Of a stretch of DNA of 64,000 nt, positions 14,076-26,360 are shown piece after piece; the stretch's first letter is position 1, and each line of letters begins with the position of its first letter. The position numbers and the translations under genes are program-made. The notes under the pieces were generated by a model. It had not been told where the DNA came from. It saw only the letters and a list, made by a program, of their open reading frames with translations, and did no database searches. The DNA lies in contig MU053994.1 of the NCBI GenBank assembly GCA_013239625.1, positions 62,001 to 126,000 on the forward strand. The letters are read 5' to 3'. This DNA is from Lama guanicoe (Eukaryota).

Positions 14076-16559
14076 GCCTCAGCCAAAGTAACTGGAGGTA
14101 AAATTTCCCAGCCTCTGTGATGTAGCTTTCTTCTTTTCTTGGAAGAATCCTATATTCAGTACTAAGAAATAGAGTGCGTGTGTGCTGAAAGTAGGAGGTG
14201 GATTTGGTAGAGGGAAGAAGCAAAAGTCAAACAGCCTTTCAACATCCAAACTCCATTTCCTCCAAGTGAGAAGCTTATACATATTGGGTTTTGAAGGCAC
14301 AGATTACACCTAAAATCAAAAGGAAGAGTAAATGGACATCACATTATGCACACAAAGTAATTTGGAAAATCGACAATAGATTTTCCAAAGTCATAAATAT
14401 GGTGATACCCCTTATCCTGCAATTGTGTTAGAAAGTTCAAATATTAAACAGCTTGTGTTGTCAGCCTAATGAATCTCTAATGATTTTGAAAGAAAACCTT
14501 GTACTATTAATTATAATTAGAATGCCTCTTGGGACACTTCAAGATTCAGTTCTTGATAAGGAGCAATCAGTGAGGTCTTTTGATAAAGAATGAAGCAGCT
14601 TGGAAAGTGAAAATCTTGGGGGTATTATTTTCCTTTTAAAAATATTCTCTGGACATTGATTCTTAAATAATGAATATCTTTCCAATGATGTTACTATATA
14701 TTTCCTGTTGATTTTTAGACAACCTTTGCCTCAATTAGAGTTAATTGGACCTGCATTAGATTAGGATTTTGCACACTATTGAGCTGGGTAACTGCTTTTT
14801 TTTTCCTTTTTTCTTCTTCACTTAACTTTATTAAAATAATTTAGTTGTTAGGAGTTAACTCTTCTTTTAAAGATGAAGGAAAAAACAATTTGCTTGGGGA
14901 GAGGGTGGTGTATTTCTCTTTCTTGATTAAACACAGAGTATGTATGGTCAAGATCAGGCTTCCCAGCTTGGCTTTGTAACATTTGGAAGGTGATTGCCTT
15001 GTTTAATCCTCTTCCTCTATGCTTTCTGGCTCTGAATTAGCTCAGGCATTTTTATCTGTAGCCTCGTCACTGGATGAAAGGGAATGATGACTTCTGGGTT
15101 GTGCAGATTTTAGAATTCGGAGGAGAAAAGTGAGATAAAAGACAACTTTTAATTTTGTTTCATTCATCTGAAGGATATAGAAGCATTTCCCGGATTCCCA
15201 TAGAAAGCCTGGCAGAAGATGGAGATTGTGAAAGAGAGATGACTGGGCTTCTTTTGCTCTCTCTTGAATCAGGAGATTAGTTCTTACAGAGAATTCCCTT
15301 TGCTGCCTTCCAAAGAGAGTGAAAAATAGCTTATGTCAGGGTCTAAAAGATGGGCGGGGTCCTGGTGTGATTGTGTGGCAGAGATGAGACAAAGTAGAGT
15401 TTTGGGGGTTTTCATGTGTATCTCCAAGTGAGTGAACTGAACTCACCCACCCTGGGAGATGGGCACATCGGAGTGCTGTGCTCCACCCTCACATTGGTTC
15501 CTCTGCCCTTCCTGACAGATTTGTAAGCGCTACTCTCTATTTTGTGTTTGCATTGAACTTGGAACCTGCTTCCGTCATAGCCCTTGGCACTTTGTGTCTT
15601 GAGCTCTGCCAGGACTGAGAGCTCTTTGAGGGCAGACCCAAGACCTCAGACTCCAGAGGGCAAGGAGTGTGACCTGTCTTGGGTCTCACTGTCCTTGGGA
15701 CCACTTGAGGCAGGATTGAAGCAGCCCCCTGTGATGCTCAGATTTGCATTCGTCTCTCGTTTTATGATCCCCATTTTCATGGGAACATTATACCTGCTCT
15801 CACTCAACTTTTTCAACTTGGGTTGAGAGAATCCTCAGTATGACTTTGAAAGGCACTTGAAATATCTTGCCCTTTTCAAAGCACAATGATTAGAAGGGAT
15901 GCCTTGGGCAACAGTAAAGGAGAAACAGAACAAGTAGGGAGTTGAGGAGAATGACAAAAGTGTTGAGGTTGACAGGCACGGATACTTTCAGGTTTTAAAT
16001 GAACTTTACCTGTTGCTGCCTAGGAAGCACAGAATGAAATGGGCAGCTCTGTTATTCTTGGGAGATGAATATATTCTCTCGGCTCTACCAAATGAGGCTG
16101 TGATATTGAAAGGATGCCAGCCTCCCCGCTGGGCAGCCTGCCTCCTTTTCGTCCAGGCACCGAGGTCTTTCTCAGCTGCCCCAGCATCTGTGCCCTTCCC
16201 GCTGTTCACCGCTTTGCCAAAGGCCAGCCTCCCTGAGCTGTGGGAGCATCTGCCCTTTGTTGTACTTGAGCAGAGAATGTTTCCAACATTTCAATTGCTC
16301 TTCTCCTGGGGAGCCGGAGAGAGGGAGAGCAGCATTGTGACAACTTTGAGACTCTCAAGCCAAAATGTTAGGGTTTTCTGAAGTGAAGCATCCCATCTTT
16401 GAAGGAGCAGCCTCCCTCCGAGCCCTTCTGGCTTTGAAGTGGTCGTCAGACCTGCCTTTGTCCTGTGAGATCCCGTGAGAGATTCTGCAGTGGTTTTCAC
16501 TTGGGAACCCCGTTCAGAGGCATCTGGAGAACTCTTTTAGAGATACTCAAACTCAGGCA

Positions 16560-16975
16560 CATTCGTCAGTTACCCACTGCTGCACACAGACTACCTTAAC
16601 ACTTCCGGCCTTATGTTTTGGTTGTTATTATTGCTCACAAGTCCATCTACTGGTTCGGCTCGTCTGGGCCAGGCTGGGCTTGCTTATGTGTCGGCAGCGA
16701 GCTGAAAGGTCGGCTGAAACCTGCTGGCCTGGGGTGGCTCCGCTCAGGTGTGTGTCAGGTGGCCCGCCGTGGGCTGGGGGGAGGGAGTGACAGAATCCCA
16801 AGGCTTCGAGGCTTAGGCTCCAAAGTGCTGCATCACCACTCCGCTGCCAATTGACGACAGCACCGTCACGTGGGCAGCCTGGCTTCAAAGGGGAGACAAC
16901 TGGACTCCACTTCCTGATGAGAGGGTCCGCAGAGAAAAATGGCAAGGGCCTGGGTGTAGGGAGGGAAAGACTCTG
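16560..16975. mobile_element. MaLR (MLT1H/I-like) LTR, CpG-rich copy
   Basis: tcagttacccactgctgc...ttattattgctcacaagtc...gaggcttaggctccaaag...ggactccacttcctgatgagagg. Confidence 0.65.
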
Positions 16976-17395
16976 TGGCCGGCTTTGCAGTCTGTCGCAG
17001 TGTGTGGTGTCAGATGCAGCGTGAAGTCATGTGCGGGGCGTGGGTGTGTGTTCCCAGGGTTCTAGACTTCCACGAATTGTGGGGAGACGTGTGTGCTGGA
17101 GAAGGAGTGGGGCAGGTGCTGAGGAGTATTCCACATCCCCTTTGCCTCCGGCGTCTCTTGCGAGGGCTGCTGAAATTAATCCTGTACAGCTTCCTTCGCC
17201 TCACAGGTATCATAGACCGTTTATCCCCCTTCCCTTCCATGAAGCCGATGCTACGTATGAAACGTATACAAATAACTATGGAGTGAGGCCAGGACGGGGT
17301 GGTGTGGTAGTGTTCAGTAATGTGATTTGCTGTATGTTGTTCACAGGAAAAGCCGAAAATGGACAGTGATGATTTACCCCAATTATTAAGCTATT

Positions 17396-17613
17396 ACAGT
17401 TGACCCTTGACCGAGATGGGGACAGGGGCAGTGACCCTCTGCCCAGCCAAACTCTGCATCTCACTTCACAGTCGGCCCTCCATCGTCACAGTTCCACATC
17501 CGCAGAGTCAGCCGACCTCGGATCATGTAGTACTGCAGTGTGTATTTATTGAAAAACCCTGCGTATAAGAGGACCTGTGCAGTTCAAACCCATGTTGTTC
17601 CAGGGTCTGCCCT
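17396..17613. mobile_element. Tigger2/MER8-like TcMar MITE
   Basis: Starts ta-cagttgacccttga and ends gcgtataagaggacctgtgcagttcaaacccatgttgttccagggtc (Tigger2-type TIRs). Confidence 0.75.
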
Positions 17614-17789
17614 ATAAGGTTGCTTTTGACATAGTTCTTGCCTTAAGATTGAAGTATAGTGACTCAACACCTGAGATCGTCCCCTCAGACCAATACAGAT
17701 ATCCAGCCTACTTACCAGCTATGAAGGTCCCTGGTGCACGTGTTTTTTGTGTATTTACCTCGCCCTTGACTTCATCTTAGTTACTTTTG

Positions 17790-18890
17790 TTTCTCGTTAT
17801 CGTCATGGTGGCCTCCAAGGCCCTCTATGATGGGCGTTCTCCCTTCCCGGCCTCACTCTCTCACCTCACCTCCTACCCATCTCCCCGTGGCTCTCACTGC
17901 TCCAGACACCGGCCTCCTCACTGTTTCTTAAACACACAGGTGCACTCCCACGTTAGGGCTGGGCGTAAGTTGTGCCCTCTGCCTAGAGAACTCCTCCCTC
18001 ACACATCACCTTGGCTAATAGCCTCGCCTCCCCTTTCAGGTCTTTGATAAGATGGGACCTTTTCTACGAGACCTGCATTGACCTCCTGTTGAATGCAGAG
18101 TCCTGCCCACCTTCACTGCAGCCACCCCGAGCCTCCTTCCCTGTTCTCCGTTTTCTTCTTTCCTTAATGCTGATCACCGTTTAGTACACTAGATAATTTA
18201 CTTCGATAATATTCATTGTGTATCGTCTGAACCTCTTCCTTCCTGGGTGTTGGGGGTCCCTGAGACCACCCCAGGATCGATAATTCACCCAGCAAACTCA
18301 AAGGACTCAGCACAGAGTTGTGCCCATGGTTATGACTTATTACAGTGAAAGGACACAACGCAGAATCAGCAGAGGGAAAAGGTGCCTGGAGTGAAATCAG
18401 GGGGAATCTTGGGCACAGGCTTCCAGGGGGCCCCTCTGAGCAGAGTCAAAAAGGACACGCTTCATTCTCCCGGCAGCGAGTTGTGCCAGCTCGTGTGGGA
18501 TGTGGTCTGCCGGGGAAGGCCATTAGAGGCTTGGCACCCAGGGTTTGTACCGGGGGCTGGTCACGTAGGCACCCTCTGCCCAGCACGTAGGAAAATTCCA
18601 GACTCCCAGAAGACAAGCAGGTGTTCAGAATAAACTATATTGTTGGCCCAAAGAGTTTAGGCACACCCTCACTAGTCCTGAGCATGGTGGTCCAGAAATC
18701 CAAGTTCTCAAATGCCAGCCTCGCAAACAGGTCTTTCCAAGGATGGCAGTCTCGGGCCAGCTGTGATAACTCTTCTCGACACCATCCAAGAATCTAAGCT
18801 CCCTGAGGACAGAGATCTTTGTTTTGTCCTAGGATGTGCCCCCTAGAACACTGGCTACCACACAGTAAGTGCTCAGTAAATGTGTATTGC
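17790..18890 (-). mobile_element. L2 3' fragment split by a MER21 LTR
   Basis: ctcactgctccagacaccggcctcctcactgtttcttaaacacac...aatctaagctccctgaggacagaga...cacagtaagtgctcagtaaatg. Confidence 0.7.
18248..18782 (-). mobile_element. MER21-family solo LTR
   Basis: tgttgggggtccctgagaccacccc...ggctggtcacgtaggcaccctctgcccagcacgtaggaaaattccagactcccagaag matches recalled MER21 antisense. Confidence 0.8.
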
Positions 18891-18997
18891 GTGAAGAGCG
18901 GGAGCGCAGGTCCTTGCGTGCACCATTTGACTTTACCTGCATCTAGTTGTGATACTGATGCAAGAAGTGTCTTAGTTTCTTCTCTTAATGTTTATTT

Positions 18998-19160
18998 ATT
19001 TATTTTTGGTTTGTTTTATAATGTTATTTTTTGATGTTTTTTGGGAGGGGAGATAATTAGATATATTTTCATTTATTTTTTTTCATGGAAGTACCAGGGA
19101 TTGAACCCAGGACCTCATGCATGCTAAGCATGCACTCTAACACGGAGCTCTACCCTCTCC
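18998..19160 (-). mobile_element. Camelid tRNA-Ala-derived SINE (Vic-1 type), long form
   Basis: ggggattgaacccaggacctcatgcatgctaagcatgcactct; TSD ttaatgtttattt at 18985-18997 and 19162-19174. Confidence 0.9.
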
Positions 19161-20129
19161 ATTAATGTTTATTTTTAAAGGCAAAAGTGCTGTGCAAAAG
19201 GACTTCTCCTTCACACAATATACATTTCCTTCTTCTCTGTTTCAAAGTCCAAAACCATTTTTCACTGACTATGTAAGCTCTTTAGTTTACCTATGATCAG
19301 TGACTCTTTGGATAAAAACCTCATTTTTCATTCCCTGCTCCCTCAGTATTAGAAAGATTAAGCTAATTTCAAAATGACTTGTGTCAGGATTTCATCCCAT
19401 CTAGAAGGTCTATCTGTTTCATCAGAGGCTTGCTTGTCACCTTCTGAAGTTTGATAAATTGATGGAATGAATCATTTGCTGAAATTCAACAAAGAGCACC
19501 CAGCCTGTATTCTCTGTCTCTGCTTAAGATTGGTCTCAGCTCAAAAACCTTAAATTGAATTTATCAGCAGGAAAAAAAATGAGAGGTTTTTTAAATGAAT
19601 ATCGTAGTACCATTCGAGAATATAAATCTCCTATAGCATTTGTCATCAAAATTAAGTTTTAATATTATTGTGAGAATGTGTTGATACATCATTCCTACCA
19701 ACAAAATATGCTAGGTTGGCCTATTAATAACAATTCCAAGTAATGCTGAGTCACTTTTGTACAGGGAGAATATTCTTCTGAATGGAAGGGGAATTATGAA
19801 TCTATTCTTAGGGCAAATAAAAAATAATTGCACATCAGGATTCGTGGACTGATCAGATGAATTAATATTTCTGGCTGGGAGATGATAAATTCTGAGGGAG
19901 AAAACTGTCAGGGAGCGTTCACCAGCGACTTGAACAAATGACTTGGCCTTGACAGAAACATTTTAAATACAGCTTCTAGATGTTTAACGTATTTTGTCAT
20001 TTTGACAAGATTGGGTTAGCCTTTCCTGAAACTTAAAAAAACTGACATGTTAAAAAAAGGGGGGGAGGGACTCATATGCCAGGATATTACAGTCCTCGGC
20101 TAGTGCTATTGAGGGCAGTGACTTGTTAC

Positions 20130-20300
20130 TTTCTAGAGCTGGCAAGGATGTAAAAGAATTTCTGTCCCATGTACCTCATTTTATAGATGAGAAAACTGAG
20201 GTCCAGAGAGGTGTGGTGACTTGATGAAGGCCACACAGTGAACTAATAGCAGAGCACAGAACAGAATTCAGGGTCTTTCACTTTCAGAGCACTGTGCCAC
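20130..20300 (-). mobile_element. MIR SINE
   Basis: cctcattttatagatgagaaaactgaggtccagagagg...aaggccacacag. Confidence 0.75.
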
Positions 20301-20321
20301 TCTGAGCCCATTACATGTTCC

Positions 20322-20522
20322 AAGGTGGTGGGTCTCCCAATCTAGTGGGCATCAGAATCACCTGGAGAGCTGGTTCACCCACAGACTGCTGGGCCCACCC
20401 TTCAGAGTTTGTGTTTTCATAGCTCTGGGATAGGGACAGGGACAGGGAATGTGCATTTCTACTAAGATCCCAGGTGATGCTCTTGGTCCTGGTTCAGTGA
20501 CCACACTTGGAGAACCACTGGG
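20322..20522. mobile_element. MER5A
   Basis: gcatcagaatcacctggagagct...cagactgctgggcccaccc...accacacttggagaaccactg. Confidence 0.82.
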
Positions 20523-20568
20523 CTAAGGGTTGGAGGGGACAGTCGGGAGACTAAGAATAAATGTGTGT

Positions 20569-20668
20569 GGGGGGGTATAGCTCAGTGGTAGTGTCTGCTT
20601 AGCATGCACAAGGTTCTGGGTTCAATCCCCAGTACCTCCATTAAATAAATAAATAAAATTTTAAAAAG
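20569..20668 (+). mobile_element. Camelid tRNA-Ala-derived SINE, short form
   Basis: gggggtatagctcagtggtag...cttagcatgcacaaggttctgggttcaatccccagtacctcca followed by an (aaat)n tail. Confidence 0.88.
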
Positions 20669-21499
20669 AGAATGAATGTGGAATTTTCTGCAGGGAAAGA
20701 GGGAATGATTGACTGGCTGATTTTAGCTAGTCCTGTCTTTGTATTCAAAGAATAGAAAGCCTGTTAGTAATTTTACTTTTCCTGTTCTGCTTGTCATTAT
20801 TGTTAAATAAGGTTTCTACTATTAGCCTAAGTACCTGGTAAATTTCTTTCCTGACTCAGAATTATGACCCATTTGGGGGCCCTAGATAATTGGTGAAGGG
20901 GGCCATAGCAAATCAATGCCAAGAAAAAGAAAATCCCTAAGAGGTATCTTAAAATGCCGAACAATGGTTAATTTTGAATACCTCTTCAGCGTCCAAATCA
21001 TTACCAGGAAATCATCAAATTGCCTTGACTCATCTTAAATATCCCCATTACCGTAGGAAAAAAAAAAGAGCTAGAAATGGTGACTGCAAACAAACAGAAA
21101 AGTGGTTAACTGAGTTGACAGAGAGAACTGAACTTAAAGCAGAAATTGAATCCCTCCAAATATTGTTTTTCTGGGCCAGTTAATAAATTTGTTGCCAGAA
21201 ATGTGCTTCACATTGTCCTTGGTGCTACAGAACAGGAAGACTACCTGACACTAAGATTAAATCTAAAAACCAAGTTCTCATGGTAGATTCTAAGCACATC
21301 CTTGCACTAACATAAAGTTTATCTTTACCTATTTCTTATTTTTATCTTTTTGTTGATATTCATTAGCTAGTTAGATTAAAATGGATGCATTATACTATAT
21401 TGAGACAAAATCAAAGTTGGTGGTTACAGCCTTCCCACCCCTTTTCAGAAATCTACCTGCTAAAAACAAACCCATATCTGCCTGCTCATAATCCCTCTT

Positions 21500-22138
21500 T
21501 TTAAATTTAAAAAAAATTTTAATGTATTTTTATTGATGTATAGCCAGTTTACAATGTTGTGTCAATTTCTGGTGTACAGCATAATGCTTCAGTCATACAT
21601 GAACATACATATATTCATTTTCATATTCTTTTTCACCATAAATTACTACAAGATATAGATTATAGTTCCCTGTGCTATACAGTATAAATTTGTTGTTTAT
21701 CTATTTTATGTATATTAGTTAGTATCTGCAAATCTCAAACTCCCAATTTATCCCCTCCTACCCCCTTCCCCCCAGTAACCATAAGTTGTTTTCTATGTCT
21801 GAGTCTGTTTCTGTTTTGTAAATAAATTCATTTGTCATTTTTTTTAAGACTCCACATATAAGTGATATCATGTGGTATTTTTCCTTCTCTTTTCTGGCTT
21901 ACTTCACTTAGAATGACAGTCTCCAGGTCCATCCATGTTGCTGCAAATGGCATTATTTTATTATTTTTTATGGCTGAGTAGTATTCCGTTGTATAAATAT
22001 ACCACAACTTCTTTATCCAGTCACCTGTCAGTGGACATTTAGGTTGTTTCCATGTCTTGGCTATTGTAAATAGTGCTGCTGTGAACACTGGGGTGCGTGT
22101 GTCTTTGAATTAAGGTTCCCTGTGGATAGAAGCCCCAG
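21500..22138 (-). mobile_element. 5'-truncated lineage L1 (ORF2 C-terminus plus 3' UTR)
   Basis: ORF 21828-22088 FTAALFTIAKTWKQPKCP...WYIYTTEYYSAIK is the L1 ORF2 end; TSD aatccctctt at 21490-21499 and 22139-22148. Confidence 0.94.
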
Positions 22139-22856
22139 AATCCCTCTTAATTGTCCCTTTCACCTTGCTAGAGTAGATAAAAATTACTCCTGGCTGACCT
22201 AGAGACTACATCAAGGTTTTGGGGGAAAGGGAGAGATGAGAGAGAGGGAAGAAAAAGAACCCAAGTGGATTCTGGGGCTCAAGAAATTATTTGTGTGTAA
22301 AAGGTCCTGAAGCAGCTGTCAGAGACAAAAGTATCCAAGAATGTGGAAGGGGTTGAGGGAGTGTTACACGGGTTAGGTATGGATTCCTATTATTGTATTT
22401 TGAAAGGCAAAGAAAAGAGCTGCTGTTTTGATGCTCTGTAACTGCTAAAAGAGACACTGCTCTGAGATTGGACCACATGGGTCCTTGGATTTATTAAGTT
22501 TACTCAAAGTACCTATGCTTCAGTCTCTGCTCTAATAAAATTTGTTTGCAAGAAGGAATCAGGGGAATCCATGGAAAATTAGGTTTCCAAGGAAACCAGC
22601 CTGGATGGGATAAGAGGAACATTATGCCTATCTATCAATTAACAAATATTTACAGTCATGTGAAGGCTCTTGCTGTTGGTGAGAAAGGAAGCATTCTCTT
22701 TGGCTCCAGCAGGAGGGGTGAGAGAAAGAAGGGCACGGAGGTATAGGGGAGAACTCTAAGCTACAGGCCTCAAAAAGGGAAAAATAGACTGTGGCTTCAA
22801 AAAAAAAAGGTTCTGGTAAAAGCTCTGAGTCAGCTTTCCATTCTAGGGAAGCTGAG

Positions 22857-23145
22857 TGTATCTGTTACCTATTGCTGTGGGACAAACTGCTTCAAAACTC
22901 CGTAGTTCAAAATAACGATCTTTTATTTTGTTCAAAAATCTGCAATTTGGGCAGCGTTGCACAGAGAGGGCTTGTGTTTTCTTTTCTTCTTGTCAGCTGG
23001 GAGGGCTCAACTTGGGGCTACAGGAACTGTTTTCTAGATGGCTCTCTCACATGGCTGGCAACTTGGTGCTGGTTCTCTACTGGGAGTTCATCTGGGGTCG
23101 GGAGCCTTGGTTTCTCTCCCCATTGGCCCTTCCATGGATTGCTTG
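22857..23145. mobile_element. MaLR (MLT1G/H-like) LTR fragment
   Basis: tgtatctgttacctattgctgtgggacaaactgc...aatctgcaatttgggcag...gatggctctctcacatggctggcaa. Confidence 0.7.
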
Positions 23146-23566
23146 GGGAAAGCATTTGAATGGACATATTTGGACAGTATCATCCCCACAGGGGAACCTG
23201 AGGCATGGTCTCTGCTTTGAATTGGTGTTTGCAAAAGCCAAAAAGGTATCTCAGTGTGTCTCAGCTTGCTTCTTTTCCTCCTTTTATCCCTGTAGACAGA
23301 ATGCTTGGCCCTTACTTAAAGTCCAACCCCAGAAGCAATCCTCATTTCTCCCCATCATTGTTTAAGAGGCCAATTTTGGCCATTTTTGAACATTTTGCGT
23401 CACAGCTGGGAAGGAGAGAGTCAGAAAGAATTACACCAGAGAAACAAAAGTTCCAAGTGTTAATCAGTGGCCTTTCCAGCCAGCACTGGCCCTTTCTGAC
23501 ACACTAAGATTCACCAATTCTAGAACTTTACCTATAACAGGCCATATATTTATTGTATGGACTCCT

Positions 23567-23940
23567 TGTCTTAGTTTGGGTTCCCCTAAAGTGTACCCTA
23601 AGATAAGGATTTGGGAGTGAGTAGCGTATGTGGGAGGTGATCCCAGGAAGCTCAGTGAGGGAGTAGAGAGTGAAGTTGGGAAGGAAGGAAAGCCAGCTAA
23701 ATGTGTGATTATGAGCAGCCTAGCCCTTGAGCCGCTGGGGGCCCAGGCCCACGGGGACTTTTGATAGTTGGTGTAAAACACACCCCAGGGTTGTCCCCGA
23801 GGAGGAGTGCAGAAGGTGGAATATTTATCCACCAGTTCCTATCCCTTGTTCGTTGGGGGCAGTAACACTGACCCTTGCAGCCCGCCCTGTGCCCAGACCT
23901 GACACACTCGTGAAGCCCGAGAAGGGCTTCAGGCATATGG
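23567..23940. mobile_element. MaLR (MLT1I/J-like) LTR
   Basis: tgtcttagtttgggttcccctaaag...aaggatttgggagtgagtag...gggaggtgatcccaggaagc. Confidence 0.75.
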
Positions 23941-24087
23941 TGCCCACCTTTATGTTATCGCCCAGGTGATGCTCTGATTCAGTCCAAGACGGAAAAGCAG
24001 AATGCTGCTTGCTGATGAGCTTTCTCTCCTCTTCCCCCCAGTACCCTATCCCTTGTCCAGCTCCTCTGCTCTGTGGATGTGGTGGTT

Positions 24088-24156
24088 TCCTTTTCTTTTT
24101 CTTTTTCTTCCTTTTCTTTCTATCTTTCTTTTTCTTTTTTTTTTTTTTTTTTTTTT
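24088..24156 (+). repeat. T/C-rich low-complexity tract ending in poly(T)
   Basis: (ttttc)n-like run followed by more than 20 T. Confidence 0.9.
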
Positions 24157-24417
24157 ACGCAAACTATGGTTAGAAGGGTGCCTTTGCTGACCTGTCTTAC
24201 CATGACTGATGTCATATTCCCTCCTTCTCCTGGAGGTAGGCCCAGTCACCCTCTCATTTAAAACATGAGGGACAGGGCCTGTGGTCCCCTTCTGATGTGG
24301 GAAATGGAGGGGTTCCTTGAATGGCCAGGATCAAGGTAATAGTAATTATAGATAGAGGATGCAGGAGTTGAAGGAGAAGACTGATACAGGCCAGTGTATT
24401 TAAAGTGAAACTCCCCA

Positions 24418-24500
24418 GAGGGTGGATATGCTCAGTGGTAGAGTGCATGCTTAGCATGCACGAGGCTCAGGGTTCAGTCCCCAGTACCTGCATAAAAAAA
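24418..24500 (+). mobile_element. Camelid tRNA-Ala-derived SINE, short form
   Basis: gctcagtggtagagtgcatgcttagcatgcacgaggctcagggttcagtccccagtacc plus A tail. Confidence 0.87.
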
Positions 24501-24559
24501 TGAAGCTCCTCGACCACCAACGTAATTGGCCCACTTAATGTAAGTACCTACTGGGCGGC

Positions 24560-24795
24560 AATAGACAGAGGTGCTTCCGAGTTTGGGGTCCAGCTGCCTG
24601 AGTTTGAATCCCAGAGCTACTCATTAGTTGTGTGACTTGGGGCAAGTTACCCGAGCCTTCTGAGCCTCATTTTCCTCATCTATAAAGTGTCATATGATTG
24701 TTTTGTGGATTAGATGAGCGAGAACATGAAATACTTTTAGAATGATGCCTGGCAGTTATTAATTGTTCAGTAATGTTAGTTGTTGTTTTTATTAT
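24560..24795 (+). mobile_element. MIR SINE
   Basis: gcctgagtttgaatcccag...tgtgacttggggcaagttac...ctgagcctcattttcctcatctataaa. Confidence 0.8.
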
Positions 24796-24799
24796 CATT

Positions 24800-24920
24800 C
24801 TTGTCCAAATCCCAGACCTAGTGAATCATATCTCTGAAGACAGAGCTTGGAAATCTTCATTTCTAACCAGCCCCTCATGTGTGATTCGTATACATCCTGA
24901 AATTTGAACGCCGCTGCTCC
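24800..24920. mobile_element. MER5-family fragment
   Basis: cccagacctagtgaatcatatctctg...aatcttcatttctaaccagccc...gtgattc. Confidence 0.6.
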
Positions 24921-25674
24921 AGGCTGAGGCCAAGGGAGATAAGGTGATGTCAAGACAAGATTGATTAGCACAGGAGAATCTCATTTTCCAGCAACTTTGG
25001 GAAATGAGGAGTTGCCTATAAGCGAGTTCTCCAGATGGCTGGCACTTTCCTCTTGTTTTAAACACCCAATCATAACAGTTAAAACTTGCTGTATTATTCA
25101 TTCTGAGGTCTAAATTCTATTATGGGCTGACACAAAGAAATCTGGAAATAGTAGTGTTGTAGCAGTATTTGGGGAGTCACTCAGTGTCCTCAAGACAGTC
25201 GGGCCGATAGTAAATCTTTATTGACTGTTTTGCTGTGTACCCTCCTGGTGGTAGGTGCTGTGGATACAATGACAAATAGGACCAAAGCCCTGCCTTCAAG
25301 ATGCTCACTGTCTAGCGAAGGAGAGGCCAGGAGATGGAGTGGCAGGCAGTGAGAGGAGTGATAGGACAGAAGGCTGTTTTGAGCTTTGTCACAAGGATGT
25401 CGCAAAGGCTACATTAGTGGGAAGACATGTGGCCCTCATGCAGGGCCCTCTGAGCATGTGGGCCTGCGAGTTGATTGCTCCTGTGTCCTTCCCTTGCTGG
25501 CAATTGATACTCCTTGTTTCTGTCACTTTGCCTTCAAATGACATTCCTGTCCTTACCTAACACACTGCTTCTAATTTGCTAGGGACTGGAAACCAGATCC
25601 CCTGAACTTGCTGGGATGTTGCCCTCTTGGAAAGGCCTTCTCTAACCTTCACATCTAAAATAGCACACCCACCA

Positions 25675-25675
<1 letters not shown>

Positions 25676-25713
<38 letters not shown>
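25676..25713 (+). repeat. (CA)19 microsatellite inside an L2 fragment
   Basis: Uninterrupted CA run; flanks ~25620-25945 are L2-like (aaggccttctcta...taataaatatttattgagtgagt). Confidence 0.95.
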
Positions 25714-25717
<4 letters not shown>

Positions 25718-25969
25718 TACAGTCTGCAGCCCCTTGCCCTGCTTGATTTTTCCTTCATGACATTTGTCACCAACTGATGACAAGCTTGCTCCCTGCATCT
25801 ATTGATGTCCAGTGGTCTGCCTTCCTCATGAGAACGTAAGTGCCGAGAGGGCAGGGGCTCCCAGTTTAGGACACCTGTGTATCCAACACCTAGAACCTGA
25901 TCTGGCTCTGAACAGGTTTTTAATAAATATTTATTGAGTGAGTAATAACGATAGCAAATGTATTTCTCT

Positions 25970-26360
25970 TAATTTTTTATTGAGGTATAATCTGTGTTCA
26001 GTAAAACGCACCCACCTTACTTGTTCCACTCAGTGAACGCGCGCACACGTGTCCACCTAGAGCAGGAGCGAGCATCTCCGGCCCACACCCAGCAGGCTCG
26101 CTCGGAGCCCTCCTAGTCAGTGCCTCCTCCAGAAGGCAGCCGCTCCTCTGGCTTCTATCGCCGCTGATTCGTTTTGCTCCTTCTTGAGTTTCACGTAAGT
26201 AGAATCATATAATCTGTGCTCTTACGTGTCAGCCTCCTCACCATTACGCCTGTGAGACACATCCGTGTCGTGGGGTGTAGCAGCAGTTCATGCTTTATTT
26301 CAGTGCTTGTAATATTCTCAGTGAATTGACTGCAGTGGATTTAACCCATTCCGGTCACAT
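25970..26360 (-). mobile_element. Old L1M (L1MC/ME-like) 3' end, GC-shifted
   Basis: ttttttattgaggtataa...cttctatcgccgctgattcgttttgc...tagaatcatata...gtagcagcagttca. Confidence 0.75.

Noticed and set aside
20569..20640. Apparent tRNA-Ala(AGC) gene (also at 24418 and 42667)
   Set aside because: Stem mismatches and deletions, A-rich tails, TSDs and six dispersed copies show these are SINEs.
24002..24261. Lys/Arg-rich and Phe-rich ORFs
   Set aside because: Translations of the T/C low-complexity tract.
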